DNA of 64,000 nt from Gemmatimonadales bacterium. GTDB lineage: Bacteria > Gemmatimonadota > Gemmatimonadetes > Gemmatimonadales > GWC2-71-9. The translations under genes were made by a program, and so were the position numbers. The stretch is taken from positions 1,074 to 65,073 of the forward strand of contig DATIWD010000026.1 of the NCBI GenBank assembly GCA_035519565.1, given 5' to 3'. This document shows positions 8,886 to 17,703 of this stretch, piece by piece (position 1 is the first letter of the stretch; every line of letters starts with the position of its first letter). The notes beneath the pieces were generated by a model. It was not told where the DNA came from, ran no database searches, and saw only the letters and a list, made by a program, of their open reading frames with translations.

Positions 8886-9752
8886 TCAGAGGCGGCGGAG
8901 CTTGGGATCCCAGGCTTCGCGGAGTCCGTCTCCCACCAGGTTGAATCCCAGTACCGCGACGCCGATGGCGACTCCGGGTGCGAACGAGACCCAGGGTGCC
9001 ACCCGCAACAACTCCCGGCCTTCGGCCACCATGGAGCCCCAGCTCGGGGTCGGCGGCTGGGCGCCCAGGCCGACGAACGACAGCGCCGCTTCCGCCATGA
9101 TCGCCCCGGCCATGCCCAGGGTCGCCGCGACGATGACCTGCGCGACCACATTCGGCAAGAGGTGGCGGAGCAGGATGCGGCCGTCGCGGGCGCCCAAGGC
9201 GCGCGCGGCCAGGACGTACTCCGACTGTCGCAGCACCAGCACCTGACTCCGGACCAGCCGCGCCATCCCCGCCCAGCCGACGGCGCCGATGATCCCGAAG
9301 ACGACCAGGAGCGAGGGGCGCACCGCGGCGGCCACGGCAATGAGCAGCAGAAGAGTCGGAAAAGCGAGCGTCACGTCGGCCAGGCGCATCACCGCGCTGT
9401 CGATCCATCGCCCATAATATCCGGCGGTGAGTCCCAGAGTGACTCCCAGGAGTACCGCCACCAGCTGGGAGATCACGCCTACGGCGAGCGAGATCCGGGC
9501 CCCGTAGAGCACCCGGGTGAGCACGTCCCTGCCCTGGGTGTCGGCCCCCAGCGGGAAGCTGGTTCCGGGTGGAGCGAGATAGGCGTGCTTGAGATCACCG
9601 ACGACCGGGTTGTAGGGAGTGAGCACGGGAGCGAGGAGGGCGGCCAGCACGACGGCGGCCACCAGGAGGGCGCCGACGCGGAACATCGCGTCGCGTCGAA
9701 ACTGCCGGGCGATCGGCGAGTTGCTCACTTCTCCCCTCTTTCGGTTTGACAT
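8886..9752 (-). CDS. ABC transporter permease, DppC/OppC type (no partner genes adjacent)
   Basis: The N-terminal OppC-like segment (PLGADTQGRDVLTRVLYGARISL), six hydrophobic segments and the permease EAA-type loop are recognised by eye. Confidence 0.85.
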   Translation of the reverse strand: MSNRKRGEVSNSPIARQFRRDAMFRVGALLVAAVVLAALLAPVLTPYNPVVGDLKHAYLAPPGTSFPLGADTQGRDVLTRVLYGARISLAVGVISQLVAVLLGVTLGLTAGYYGRWIDSAVMRLADVTLAFPTLLLLIAVAAAVRPSLLVVFGIIGAVGWAGMARLVRSQVLVLRQSEYVLAARALGARDGRILLRHLLPNVVAQVIVAATLGMAGAIMAEAALSFVGLGAQPPTPSWGSMVAEGRELLRVAPWVSFAPGVAIGVAVLGFNLVGDGLREAWDPKLRRL

Positions 9753-9787
9753 ACGTTAGTGGCCATCCGGGACCAGGGGCAAGCATC

Positions 9788-10852
9788 GTGTCGATCGACG
9801 GGCCGTTCACCCTCGTGCTTAGCGGCGGCGGCCTCAAGGGACTGGCGCATATCGGCGTCCTCCAGGCGCTGGACGAGCGGGGGCTGCAACCGAGCCTGGT
9901 GGTCGGCACCAGCATGGGGTCCCTGATCGGCGCCGCCTGGGCCTCGGGGATGCCGCTCAAGGAGATGCACGAGCGCGGGCTCCGGATCCGGCGTCGGGAC
10001 GTGTTCCAGGTCGCGCACATCGACATGGCGCTCAAGCGGATGCGCTCGCCGGCGGTGTATCGGCGTGAGCCGCTCGAGCTCCTGGTCACCGACCTGCTTG
10101 GCAATCGCACCTTCGAGGACCTCAAGCACCGGCTCCTGGTCAACACGGTCGAACTCAACTCCGGCATGCAGGTGCTCTGGGGATTGCCGGGACTGCGCCA
10201 CATCCGGGTCGCCGACGCGGTGTTCGCCTCCTGCGCCCTGCCCGGCATCCTCCCGCCGCGCGAAATCGAAGGCCGCCACTACGTGGATGGCGCCGTGGTC
10301 GAGAACCTGCCGGTGCGGGCCGCCGCGGGTCAGGGCACCGGATCGATCATGGCGGTGGACGTGGGGTCCACGACGGCGCTCAGGGCCGAGGTGCAGGAGG
10401 AGGGGTTCGCCGCGACCTACATCCGCGGTCTCGAGATCGTCATGCAGACCATGATGCAGACCCGGCTCGAGGATTGGGCTCAGCCGCCGATCCTGCTGGT
10501 CCACCCGCGGGTGGAGCACGTCTCCATGTTTGCCTTCGGGTCCAACCGCGAGCTGATCGAGGAAGGACGGCGCGCGACCGCGACCATGCTGGACGGGCTG
10601 GCGGAGCCGCTTAATGCGAAAATGATCGGCATCTTTCCGCACCGGCGGGTGCGGATCCGCGTCGATCGGTCCCGCTGCGTCTCTTGCGGCGATTGTGTCG
10701 CGCGGGCCCCCGCGGTCTTTCGCCTGGATCACGAGGGTCGCGCCGAAGTGCTGGAGCCGGTCCAGGTCTGGTCGCCGCTGGACGGGGACTACGTCCGCAA
10801 CTGCCCCACCTACGCCATCAGCGCGCGCCTAGCCGAGCCCGCGAGCCACTAG
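9788..10852 (+). CDS. patatin-like phospholipase fused to a C-terminal single-cluster ferredoxin domain
   Basis: Patatin motifs GGGLKGLAHIG, GTSMGS (GxSxG) and YVDGAV (catalytic Asp). C-terminal CVSCGDCVARAP...NCPTYA is a CxxCxxC...CP ferredoxin signature. GTG 9788 preferred because ATG 9746 would overlap the divergent permease start. Confidence 0.75.
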   Translation: MSIDGPFTLVLSGGGLKGLAHIGVLQALDERGLQPSLVVGTSMGSLIGAAWASGMPLKEMHERGLRIRRRDVFQVAHIDMALKRMRSPAVYRREPLELLVTDLLGNRTFEDLKHRLLVNTVELNSGMQVLWGLPGLRHIRVADAVFASCALPGILPPREIEGRHYVDGAVVENLPVRAAAGQGTGSIMAVDVGSTTALRAEVQEEGFAATYIRGLEIVMQTMMQTRLEDWAQPPILLVHPRVEHVSMFAFGSNRELIEEGRRATATMLDGLAEPLNAKMIGIFPHRRVRIRVDRSRCVSCGDCVARAPAVFRLDHEGRAEVLEPVQVWSPLDGDYVRNCPTYAISARLAEPASH

Positions 10853-11851
10853 TCGATCGCGGTCGAGCCTGGTCAGAATCCGGCGGCAGGCCGCCTCCAC
10901 TCGGTCCAGCGGAATACTGGCCACCGGCCCTCCTTCCGCCGGCACGACTTCCTGCACCGTGCTCAGCGGCCTAAAGCGGGCCATGGCCTCGGCATCCGCC
11001 GAGTACATCGCGACAATCGGCCGATCCAGTGCGGCGGCCAGGTGCACGATCGAGGTATCCACGGTGATCACCAGATCCGCCAATTCCACCACGCCCGCCA
11101 CGTCGAGCAGGTTGCCCGGAGCGATCCCCTGGATCTCTACACCGGACTGGCGGACGCTCGCGATCAGGGCCTGCGCTTCCGCCACGCGATCCGGCGGGTC
11201 GTTGAGGAAAAAGACCGTGGGACGAAGGGCGGCCAACCGGGAGAGGAGCTCGCGCCAATGCTCGACCGGCCATTCCCTTCCGGGGCCGCGTCCGGAGCTG
11301 TTGTTGACCAGTACGGTCCATCGGGAGCGGTCGCCAACCAGTCGAGCCGCGCGGGCGCGCGATTCGGCCGGAATGCCGATACTGGGGCGTGGCGATTCCG
11401 GGACCTTCAAGTTCAACAGCTTGAGCGGCTGGATCGAGAGACTGGTCAGATGCTCGCCGGCTGCTGGCCAGGGCAGCGCGTAGTCGAAGGGATTCCGGTC
11501 GGGGCCGGCGTAACCCACCGTTACCCTGGCGGGTCTGAGCCGGGCCAACCTCGCGCTGTTCCGACTCCAGTGGTGCTTGGGATCGATCCACACATCAAAC
11601 CGCCGATGCCAGACCCCCCACGCGAAGCGGAGCAGGCCCGGGGGCGTGGTGTCGAATGGTAGAACGTGGTCAATGGCCGAATGGTGCTCGGCGATGGGCC
11701 GGCCCCGGGTCCCCACGATCGCGGTGAGATGGGACGATGGAAGCTGCTGCTTGATGGCGTCGAACAGCGGGGTCGTCAGGATGAAGTCGCCGGCGGGTCC
11801 CGGGCGAAACACGGCGAAGCGGGCCGCCGGAGGAATACTGACTGACGTCAT
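10829..11851 (-). CDS. glycosyltransferase family 9 (LPS heptosyltransferase-like)
   Basis: 340 aa. The C-terminal DLVITVDTSIVHLAAAL motif is typical of GT9. Start at ATG 11851 (MTSVSIPP). Confidence 0.7.
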   Translation of the reverse strand: MTSVSIPPAARFAVFRPGPAGDFILTTPLFDAIKQQLPSSHLTAIVGTRGRPIAEHHSAIDHVLPFDTTPPGLLRFAWGVWHRRFDVWIDPKHHWSRNSARLARLRPARVTVGYAGPDRNPFDYALPWPAAGEHLTSLSIQPLKLLNLKVPESPRPSIGIPAESRARAARLVGDRSRWTVLVNNSSGRGPGREWPVEHWRELLSRLAALRPTVFFLNDPPDRVAEAQALIASVRQSGVEIQGIAPGNLLDVAGVVELADLVITVDTSIVHLAAALDRPIVAMYSADAEAMARFRPLSTVQEVVPAEGGPVASIPLDRVEAACRRILTRLDRDRLVARGLG

Positions 11852-11873
11852 CCTCCCACCGTGCGCGTGGCGG

Positions 11874-12857
11874 TCATGGGGCCGGCGCTGCACCCCCAGC
11901 ACCACGCTTGACCCCCTGGAGCAGGCTCACCATGCGGTGCATGTAGGTATGCTCGCGGAGGGCCCGCTCCCGACCAGCGGCCGCCACCCGCTCGCGAAAG
12001 CCGTTGTCTTCCAGGGCGTGCTGAACCGCGTGCCGCAGCTCATCGGCGTGCTGATAGACCAGCACCTCGCGGCCGGGCTCGAGGTAGCTCGGGAGATCGC
12101 CGCGGAAATCCACCACCTGGGCCGAGCCGATGGCGGCCAGCTCGAAGACCCGCTCATTGCAGGACTTGGCGTCGCGAGTGGGGTCGGGATCGATGGAATG
12201 GTGGATATTGACGGCCACCGTCGCGCCGGCGTAGGCTCGCACGTAATTCTCCGCGGTCTCCAACTCCCCGCGGCAGTAATCCTTGAGTCCGGTCTTCCTC
12301 CAGCCGTAGCCCCAGACCGCCAGGCCAAACTCCACCAGGGTCGAGAGCAGCTGTTCCCGGCGCGGGGTCGCGTTGCCCACGAAGACCACGTTGGCCCGAT
12401 AGGGCGCCCGCGCACGCATCGGCCGGTGAAACGAGGGATCGCAGGCGAGCGGCAGCAGTTGAACCGGGACCCCGATCCCATCCAGCGCCGCGGCCAGGTC
12501 GGTGCCGGACACCGCCACCCGATCATAGGCCTTCCCGACCTCGCGGATCGCCGCGAGCGAGCGGAGGTCGCCGGTGTGCCAGATCACCCATGGCACTTCG
12601 GCCCGGCGCTTCAGCGCCTGGACCTGGGCGGCGTCGAGGTCTTCCCCACCGATCACCAGCACCAGATCGGGGTGATGCTGGTCAATGGCCTGGGCCACCC
12701 GATCGGAAAGGTCGTGACCACGGAGCCGGGTCATGATCCCGCGTCGCGCGGGGTCGAGGCTGGCCACGGTGCAGCCGAGGCGCTCCAGGGCCCGGCGGCG
12801 AAGGACATTGTGCGCGTGCAGGACCTCGTCGAATCGGGTCACCAGCAGAACTTGCAT
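11874..12857 (-). CDS. CgeB-like/GT1-like glycosyltransferase
   Basis: The N-terminal MQVLLV Rossmann start and the C-terminal NERVFELAAIGSAQVVD...EL motif resemble the CgeB/DUF3880-type glycosyltransferase family. Alternative start at 12878. Confidence 0.55.
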   Translation of the reverse strand: MQVLLVTRFDEVLHAHNVLRRRALERLGCTVASLDPARRGIMTRLRGHDLSDRVAQAIDQHHPDLVLVIGGEDLDAAQVQALKRRAEVPWVIWHTGDLRSLAAIREVGKAYDRVAVSGTDLAAALDGIGVPVQLLPLACDPSFHRPMRARAPYRANVVFVGNATPRREQLLSTLVEFGLAVWGYGWRKTGLKDYCRGELETAENYVRAYAGATVAVNIHHSIDPDPTRDAKSCNERVFELAAIGSAQVVDFRGDLPSYLEPGREVLVYQHADELRHAVQHALEDNGFRERVAAAGRERALREHTYMHRMVSLLQGVKRGAGGAAPAP

Positions 12858-12896
12858 ACTCTGGAACGGAGAATTCATGAGGGATGGGGAGAGCGA

Positions 12897-14723
12897 TTAC
12901 TGGATGGCAGGCGCGATCTCGTCTTTGAACTGCAGCTCGTAGAGTCGCCGGTAGAGCCGTCCCTCGGCGAGCAGGTCGGCGTGGGAGCCACGCTCCGTGA
13001 TCTCGCCCGCCTCCAAGACCACGATCTGATCGGCGTGCCGGACGGTGGCGAGGCGGTGGGCGATGACCAGCACGGTCCGATCCTGCATCAGCCGGTCGAT
13101 CGCCTGCTGGACCAGCCGCTCGGATTCCGTATCCAGCGCGCTGGTCGCCTCGTCCAGCACCAGGATCGGCGGATCCTTGAGCAGCGCGCGCGCGATGGCC
13201 ACCCGTTGCCGCTGCCCGCCCGAGAGGCGGGTGCCCCGTTCGCCCAGCATCGTGTCATAGCCTTGGGGCAGTGCGCTGATGAACTCGTGCGCATTGGCCG
13301 CCCGGGCCGCGCGCTCCACCTCGGCCCGCGTCGCTTCCGGTCTGGCGTAGGCGATGTTGGCGTGCACCGTGTCGTTGAGGAGGACCGTATCCTGGCCGAC
13401 CACGCCAATCAGGTCGCGCACCGAGCCGCGATCGAGCGAAGTTGTCGGCACACCGTCGAGCAGAATGTTGCCGCGCGTGGGGTCGTAGAAGCGGGGCAGC
13501 AAATCCGCGATCGTGGTCTTGCCGGCGCCGGAAGGTCCCACCAGGGCCACGACCTGTCCCCGCTCAATCCGAAGCGTGACGTCCCGGAGCACCTCGGCGT
13601 GGCTCTCGTACTGGAAGGAGACGTGGTCGTAGACGATGTCCCGCTCGAAGCGGGCCCGCGGGAGGCCGGGGGGATCCAGGTCCTGCGCCGGCCGGTCGAG
13701 CACTTCGAACACCCGGTCTGCGCTGGCCCTGGCGCCGGCCATCGAGGCGGGGAACTGGGTGATCGCCTTGAGGGGAGACATCATCCGCAACGCCCCGATC
13801 AGGAAGACAATAACCGATTGGGGACTCACCGGCGGTCCGCCGAGGGCCCCCGTCCTGCCGGCCCAGATGATGACCATTATGACTATCCCGCCGAAGATCT
13901 CGGTCACGGGGCCGGTCAGCGAGGAGAACCGCTCGGCCCGGATCGCACGCTTGCGATACCGCTGCAGCTGATCGAGGAAGCGGGCCGACTCCCGTTCCTC
14001 GCCGCGGTAGGCCCGGATCAGTTTAACGGCGGCCAGGCGTTCGGTGACCGTGGCAGTGACCTCCCCCCCCTGCTCGGCCCGATCGCGGGAATGCGCCCGG
14101 AGGCGGCGGATTATGACCTGGACGACGAGCAGGAGCACCGGCGCGCAGGCCAGGGTCAGCAGGGTGAGGCGCCAGCTCAGTGAGGTGAGAATGAACAGGG
14201 TGGTCAGGATCACCACCAAGTACTGGAAGAGAGAACTCGCCGCGGTCACAGCCCCCTTGCACTGCTCGATGTCGCTGGTGAGGCGCGAGACCAGCTGACC
14301 CGCGCGAGTCCGCTGGAAGAACTGGAGATCAACGTGCAGCAGGTGTTCGAACGCCTGCGTACGCAGGTCCCGCACCAGACCCTCCTGGATCCGGACCGAG
14401 AGCTGCCGCGAGGCGTAACCCATGGCGTTCTTGACCAGGAGACCCGCTAGCAGCACGAACACCACTCGCACCGTGGCCTGGGTGGGCGTGGTGCCAGCGA
14501 GGAGCGGGTTCATGACCCAGTCCATCGCATCCTCAAGCTTGCTCGAACCGGTGGTGAGCACTCCGGCGGTGCCGAAGAGGTACTTGAGGAAAGGGATCAG
14601 GACGACGAGGGTGAAGCCGTCCAGCACCGACGACAGGAACGTCGTGGTGAGACCAAGAACGAACAGCGCGCGATACGGAAGGACGTAGCGGAGGAGCCGG
14701 AGCTCGGTGCTCGGCCTGGACAT
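12897..14723 (-). CDS. msbA: ABC transporter permease/ATPase, MsbA-like lipid A exporter
   Basis: Six-TM domain followed by an NBD with GPSGAGKTT, LSGGQRQRVAIARAL and ILVLDEATSALD. Its ATG shares one base with the stop of the upstream PglZ regulator. Confidence 0.8.
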   Translation of the reverse strand: MSRPSTELRLLRYVLPYRALFVLGLTTTFLSSVLDGFTLVVLIPFLKYLFGTAGVLTTGSSKLEDAMDWVMNPLLAGTTPTQATVRVVFVLLAGLLVKNAMGYASRQLSVRIQEGLVRDLRTQAFEHLLHVDLQFFQRTRAGQLVSRLTSDIEQCKGAVTAASSLFQYLVVILTTLFILTSLSWRLTLLTLACAPVLLLVVQVIIRRLRAHSRDRAEQGGEVTATVTERLAAVKLIRAYRGEERESARFLDQLQRYRKRAIRAERFSSLTGPVTEIFGGIVIMVIIWAGRTGALGGPPVSPQSVIVFLIGALRMMSPLKAITQFPASMAGARASADRVFEVLDRPAQDLDPPGLPRARFERDIVYDHVSFQYESHAEVLRDVTLRIERGQVVALVGPSGAGKTTIADLLPRFYDPTRGNILLDGVPTTSLDRGSVRDLIGVVGQDTVLLNDTVHANIAYARPEATRAEVERAARAANAHEFISALPQGYDTMLGERGTRLSGGQRQRVAIARALLKDPPILVLDEATSALDTESERLVQQAIDRLMQDRTVLVIAHRLATVRHADQIVVLEAGEITERGSHADLLAEGRLYRRLYELQFKDEIAPAIQ

Positions 14724-16291
14724 CAGCGGCCCTGGTGGGGGGTCAGCAGGGCGATGGGCAACACCATCTCCTCCGGCGCCACCCCACCATGAAGGAAGGC
14801 CCCACGGTAGCGGGCCTGATACTCACGCAACTTGGTGGGGTAGACGAAGAACCGGTCGCCGGTGGCCAGCAGCAGGCGGGCATCGGCGCCTCGCTCGGGG
14901 AGTCCGTAGCTCGACAGGTCGTCCACCACGATGGCGGCCTCGGGATCCTCGATCCGGAGGTCGTCGCCGAACTTGTAGCGCAGGTTCAAGGTCGCGTCCC
15001 GCTTGGCGAAGACCGTGGCGGGCGTATGACAGTGGATCCACCCGTGATCGGTGGTGACCAGCACCGGCACGCCGCGGGTGTCCGCCGCGCGGAGCGCGCC
15101 CCAGAGCGGGGAGCGCTCGAACCAGGTCCGGGTCAGGCTCCGCAGGGCCGGCGCGTCCCGCGCGACTTCGAACAGGGTCGAATTCTCGGTCCGCCCGTGG
15201 GTGAGCTGGTCGATGAAATTGAACACCAGCGCCGTGATTCCCGGTTGCGCCAGGTGGGTCGGCAGTCGGCGCAGGAGCGCCTCGCCGTCCTGTGAGGTGA
15301 AGACCTTTTCGTAGCGGACCGGCACGTCCCTTCCAGTCAGCCGCTTCATCTGCCGCTGCAGCAGCTCGCCCTCGTGAGCGTTGAGCGAGGTCTCGTCGGT
15401 GTCCTTCCACCATTCGGGATAGCGCCGGGCCAGCTCGGCCGGGAGGAGCCCACTGAAGATCGCGTTCCGCGCGAACGGCGTGGCGGTCGGGAGAATCGAG
15501 AGGTAGTGGACCGTCTCGATGTCGAACCGGGTCCCGATGATCGGGCGCAGCACCTCCCATTGATCGAGGCGGAGGCAATCCACCACGACCAGCAAGGCCT
15601 TGCCGTGGCGCTCGAGGACCGGCGCCAGGAACTCCGAGCCGATGTCGATGCTCAAGGGCGGGCGACCGGCCCGGTCGCTCCGGAGCCACCGGGGATATTC
15701 CTGGGCCACGAAGTGGGCAAAGTCCCCGCGCAGGCTTCCCTGGAGCGTGCGAAGCGCGTCCTGAAGTCCCGGCTCGTCGGCCTGGCCCAGCCGCACCTCC
15801 CATTCGGCCAGCTCGACCACCAGCGCGATCCACTCGCGCCACCCCATTCCGGCGCGCCGTCCCGCCTCCAACTCGCGGAACCGGGTCGCGAAATCGCGGG
15901 AGAGCCGTTGCTGGCGGATCCGGTCTCCCTCCAGCAGCCGGGTGACCACCGAGAGAATCTGCCGGGGGCTCGCGGGCTTGATGAGATAGTCGGAGATCTC
16001 GGCGCCGATCGCGTCCTTCAGGGTCTCCGGCTCCTCGCTCTTGGTCACCATGACCACCGGCAGGGTCTGATCGATGGCCCGGATGGCCCGGAAGAGATCG
16101 AGTCCGCGCCGGCCCGGCATCTGCTCGTCGAGCAGGACTACCCCATAGGGCTGGCGCTGGAGCAGCACCAGGGCATCGTCGCCGTGCGCGGCACGTTCGA
16201 CCATGAACCCCTGCTGTTCCAGGAACAGGACATGCGAGGTGAGACTCTCCACCTCATCGTCCACCCAGAGAATGCTTCGCGGGCGCGCCAT
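14723..16291 (-). CDS. response regulator with C-terminal PglZ (alkaline-phosphatase-fold) domain, PorX-like
   Basis: Canonical receiver (WVDDE, VVLLDEQMPG, VVMVTK, YLIKP) followed by about 390 aa with a PglZ-like core (LLVVVDCLRLDQW, VTTDHG). Start at ATG 16291. Confidence 0.75.
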   Translation of the reverse strand: MARPRSILWVDDEVESLTSHVLFLEQQGFMVERAAHGDDALVLLQRQPYGVVLLDEQMPGRRGLDLFRAIRAIDQTLPVVMVTKSEEPETLKDAIGAEISDYLIKPASPRQILSVVTRLLEGDRIRQQRLSRDFATRFRELEAGRRAGMGWREWIALVVELAEWEVRLGQADEPGLQDALRTLQGSLRGDFAHFVAQEYPRWLRSDRAGRPPLSIDIGSEFLAPVLERHGKALLVVVDCLRLDQWEVLRPIIGTRFDIETVHYLSILPTATPFARNAIFSGLLPAELARRYPEWWKDTDETSLNAHEGELLQRQMKRLTGRDVPVRYEKVFTSQDGEALLRRLPTHLAQPGITALVFNFIDQLTHGRTENSTLFEVARDAPALRSLTRTWFERSPLWGALRAADTRGVPVLVTTDHGWIHCHTPATVFAKRDATLNLRYKFGDDLRIEDPEAAIVVDDLSSYGLPERGADARLLLATGDRFFVYPTKLREYQARYRGAFLHGGVAPEEMVLPIALLTPHQGR

Positions 16292-16401
16292 GAGGTGAAG
16301 CTTACCGGAGGCGAGGGTGCCGAGCAACGCGCTGGCGGCGGCTGCACCCGCATTCTACATTCCGCTCATCCGATCCGAAGCGCCCCTTCGCGCGATCATC
16401 C

Positions 16402-16779
16402 ATGACCGGTTGGGATCCTGCCAGCACCGAGTTGCTCTCCCTCATGCCACGGACAGCCCGCGGACCGCGGCGGGACGGAGTGTTTGCGCTCTGGCTCATC
16501 GTCCGCGCAGCCCTCGATCTGTTGCTCGACCCGCCGCTATCCGAGCGAGCCCACCGCAAGCGGATCGCGGCATTGGAAGCTCGGCTTTCCAGCTTGAGCC
16601 TCCCTGCCCCGCTCCGTCGAGCCCTGGCCGCCGCTCTGCTTCATCTGCGGGACGCGCGGCCCGAGACCGCGGCCCCGGTGCTGGCTCACCTGGTCGCACC
16701 GGCGAGGGAAACGGTGGGGGCCGAGGCCTCCGAGGCGCTGGCCCTGGCGGCCCGTGCCGCCCGGCAAGGAGGGAGGTAG
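16402..16779 (+). CDS. hypothetical Ala/Leu/Arg-rich helical protein
   Basis: 125 aa, G/C-ending codons dominate. Its TAG is 3 nt before the GTG of the next gene, and its last codons carry that gene's AAGGAGGGAGG Shine-Dalgarno. No recognisable motif. Confidence 0.5.
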   Translation: MTGWDPASTELLSLMPRTARGPRRDGVFALWLIVRAALDLLLDPPLSERAHRKRIAALEARLSSLSLPAPLRRALAAALLHLRDARPETAAPVLAHLVAPARETVGAEASEALALAARAARQGGR

Positions 16780-16782
16780 GCC

Positions 16783-17691
16783 GTGCGGTCCCGCCCGCCT
16801 CGTCGGCCGCCCCATCTCCCAACCTCGGGCAATCCCGAACGCGCCGAGCGACCCTCCGTGCAGGTCCTGGTCGGGCGCATGGACGCCGAAGATCCCCAGG
16901 CGCGCCACCCCGACACGATTCCCACCGGGTTCCCATCGCTGGATCCGGTGCTGGGCGGTGGGCTCCGCAAACAGGACTTCGTCATCCTGACCGGCGACAT
17001 CGGAAGCGGCAAGTCTGCGCTGGGGTTGGCCATCGCGATGCGAAGCGCGATCCGCGGCCATCCCACCGTGGTGCTTTCCGGCGAGATGTCCGAGGATCGG
17101 ATCATGGAGCGCGCTCTCGCAATCGAGGCCCGGTTATCGGTCGACCAGCTGCGCTCCGGCGAGATGAGCGACGAGGCCCGGGCGGCGGTCGGCGCGGCCG
17201 CGGTTCGCCTGCGCGGGCTCCCGCTCATGATCCGGCCGCTGGCGGGAAGGGCGTTCGATGAGGTCACCGACGTGCTCCAGGCGGTGCCGCGACCGGTGCT
17301 GGTGGTAGTGGATTACCTGCAGATGGTGGCCTCGCCTCACGCCGCGGCGACGGCCCAGGAGGAACTGGCCCTGGTGGCCCGCGCGCTCAAGGCCACCGCC
17401 ATCGATCGCGACGTGGTGATCCTGGCCCTGGCCCAACTCCCCCTCCATCACGCCCGCCGCCGCGATCCCCGGCCTCGCCTCGACGACCTGGGCGGCGGCG
17501 GCGCCGTCAAACAGCACGCCGACGTCGTCCTCGCCCTGTATCGCGAAGAGATGTATCAGCCGGGCCAGGGGATGGAGGGCGCCACGGAGCTGATCGTGGC
17601 CAAGAACCGGAATGGGCCCACGGGTTTCGTAGATCTCTATTTCTATCGGAACTGGCTGCGGTTCGAAGACATGATGGACCCGGAGAAGTAG
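16783..17691 (+). CDS. DnaB C-terminal (RecA-fold) domain protein lacking the helicase N-terminal domain
   Basis: Walker A GDIGSGKS and Walker B VLVVVDYLQM. DnaB-like blocks ADVVLALYREEMY, ELIVAKNRNGPTG and FYRNWLRFED. Only about 45 aa precede the ATPase core. Confidence 0.75.
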   Translation: MRSRPPRRPPHLPTSGNPERAERPSVQVLVGRMDAEDPQARHPDTIPTGFPSLDPVLGGGLRKQDFVILTGDIGSGKSALGLAIAMRSAIRGHPTVVLSGEMSEDRIMERALAIEARLSVDQLRSGEMSDEARAAVGAAAVRLRGLPLMIRPLAGRAFDEVTDVLQAVPRPVLVVVDYLQMVASPHAAATAQEELALVARALKATAIDRDVVILALAQLPLHHARRRDPRPRLDDLGGGGAVKQHADVVLALYREEMYQPGQGMEGATELIVAKNRNGPTGFVDLYFYRNWLRFEDMMDPEK

Positions 17692-17703
17692 GACCGGCCC
17701 GAC

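Noticed and set aside
7297-9408. 5' extensions of track ORFs. Examples: 7297..9408, 2204..3973, 25487..27112, 27887..29536, 31193..32623, 49618..51615, 51264..52532, 35732..36802, 60401..61831.
   Set aside because: The upstream parts overlap neighbouring real genes and are low-complexity. Internal ATG/GTG starts sit exactly at start/stop overlaps or behind Shine-Dalgarno sequences, and they match the expected N-termini of the families.
14723-16291. The PglZ domain as a marker of a BREX/PGL phage-defence island.
   Set aside because: The PglZ domain is fused to a canonical receiver (PorX architecture). No PglX methyltransferase, BrxA/B/C/L or other BREX genes are nearby; the neighbours are msbA and LPS glycosyltransferases.
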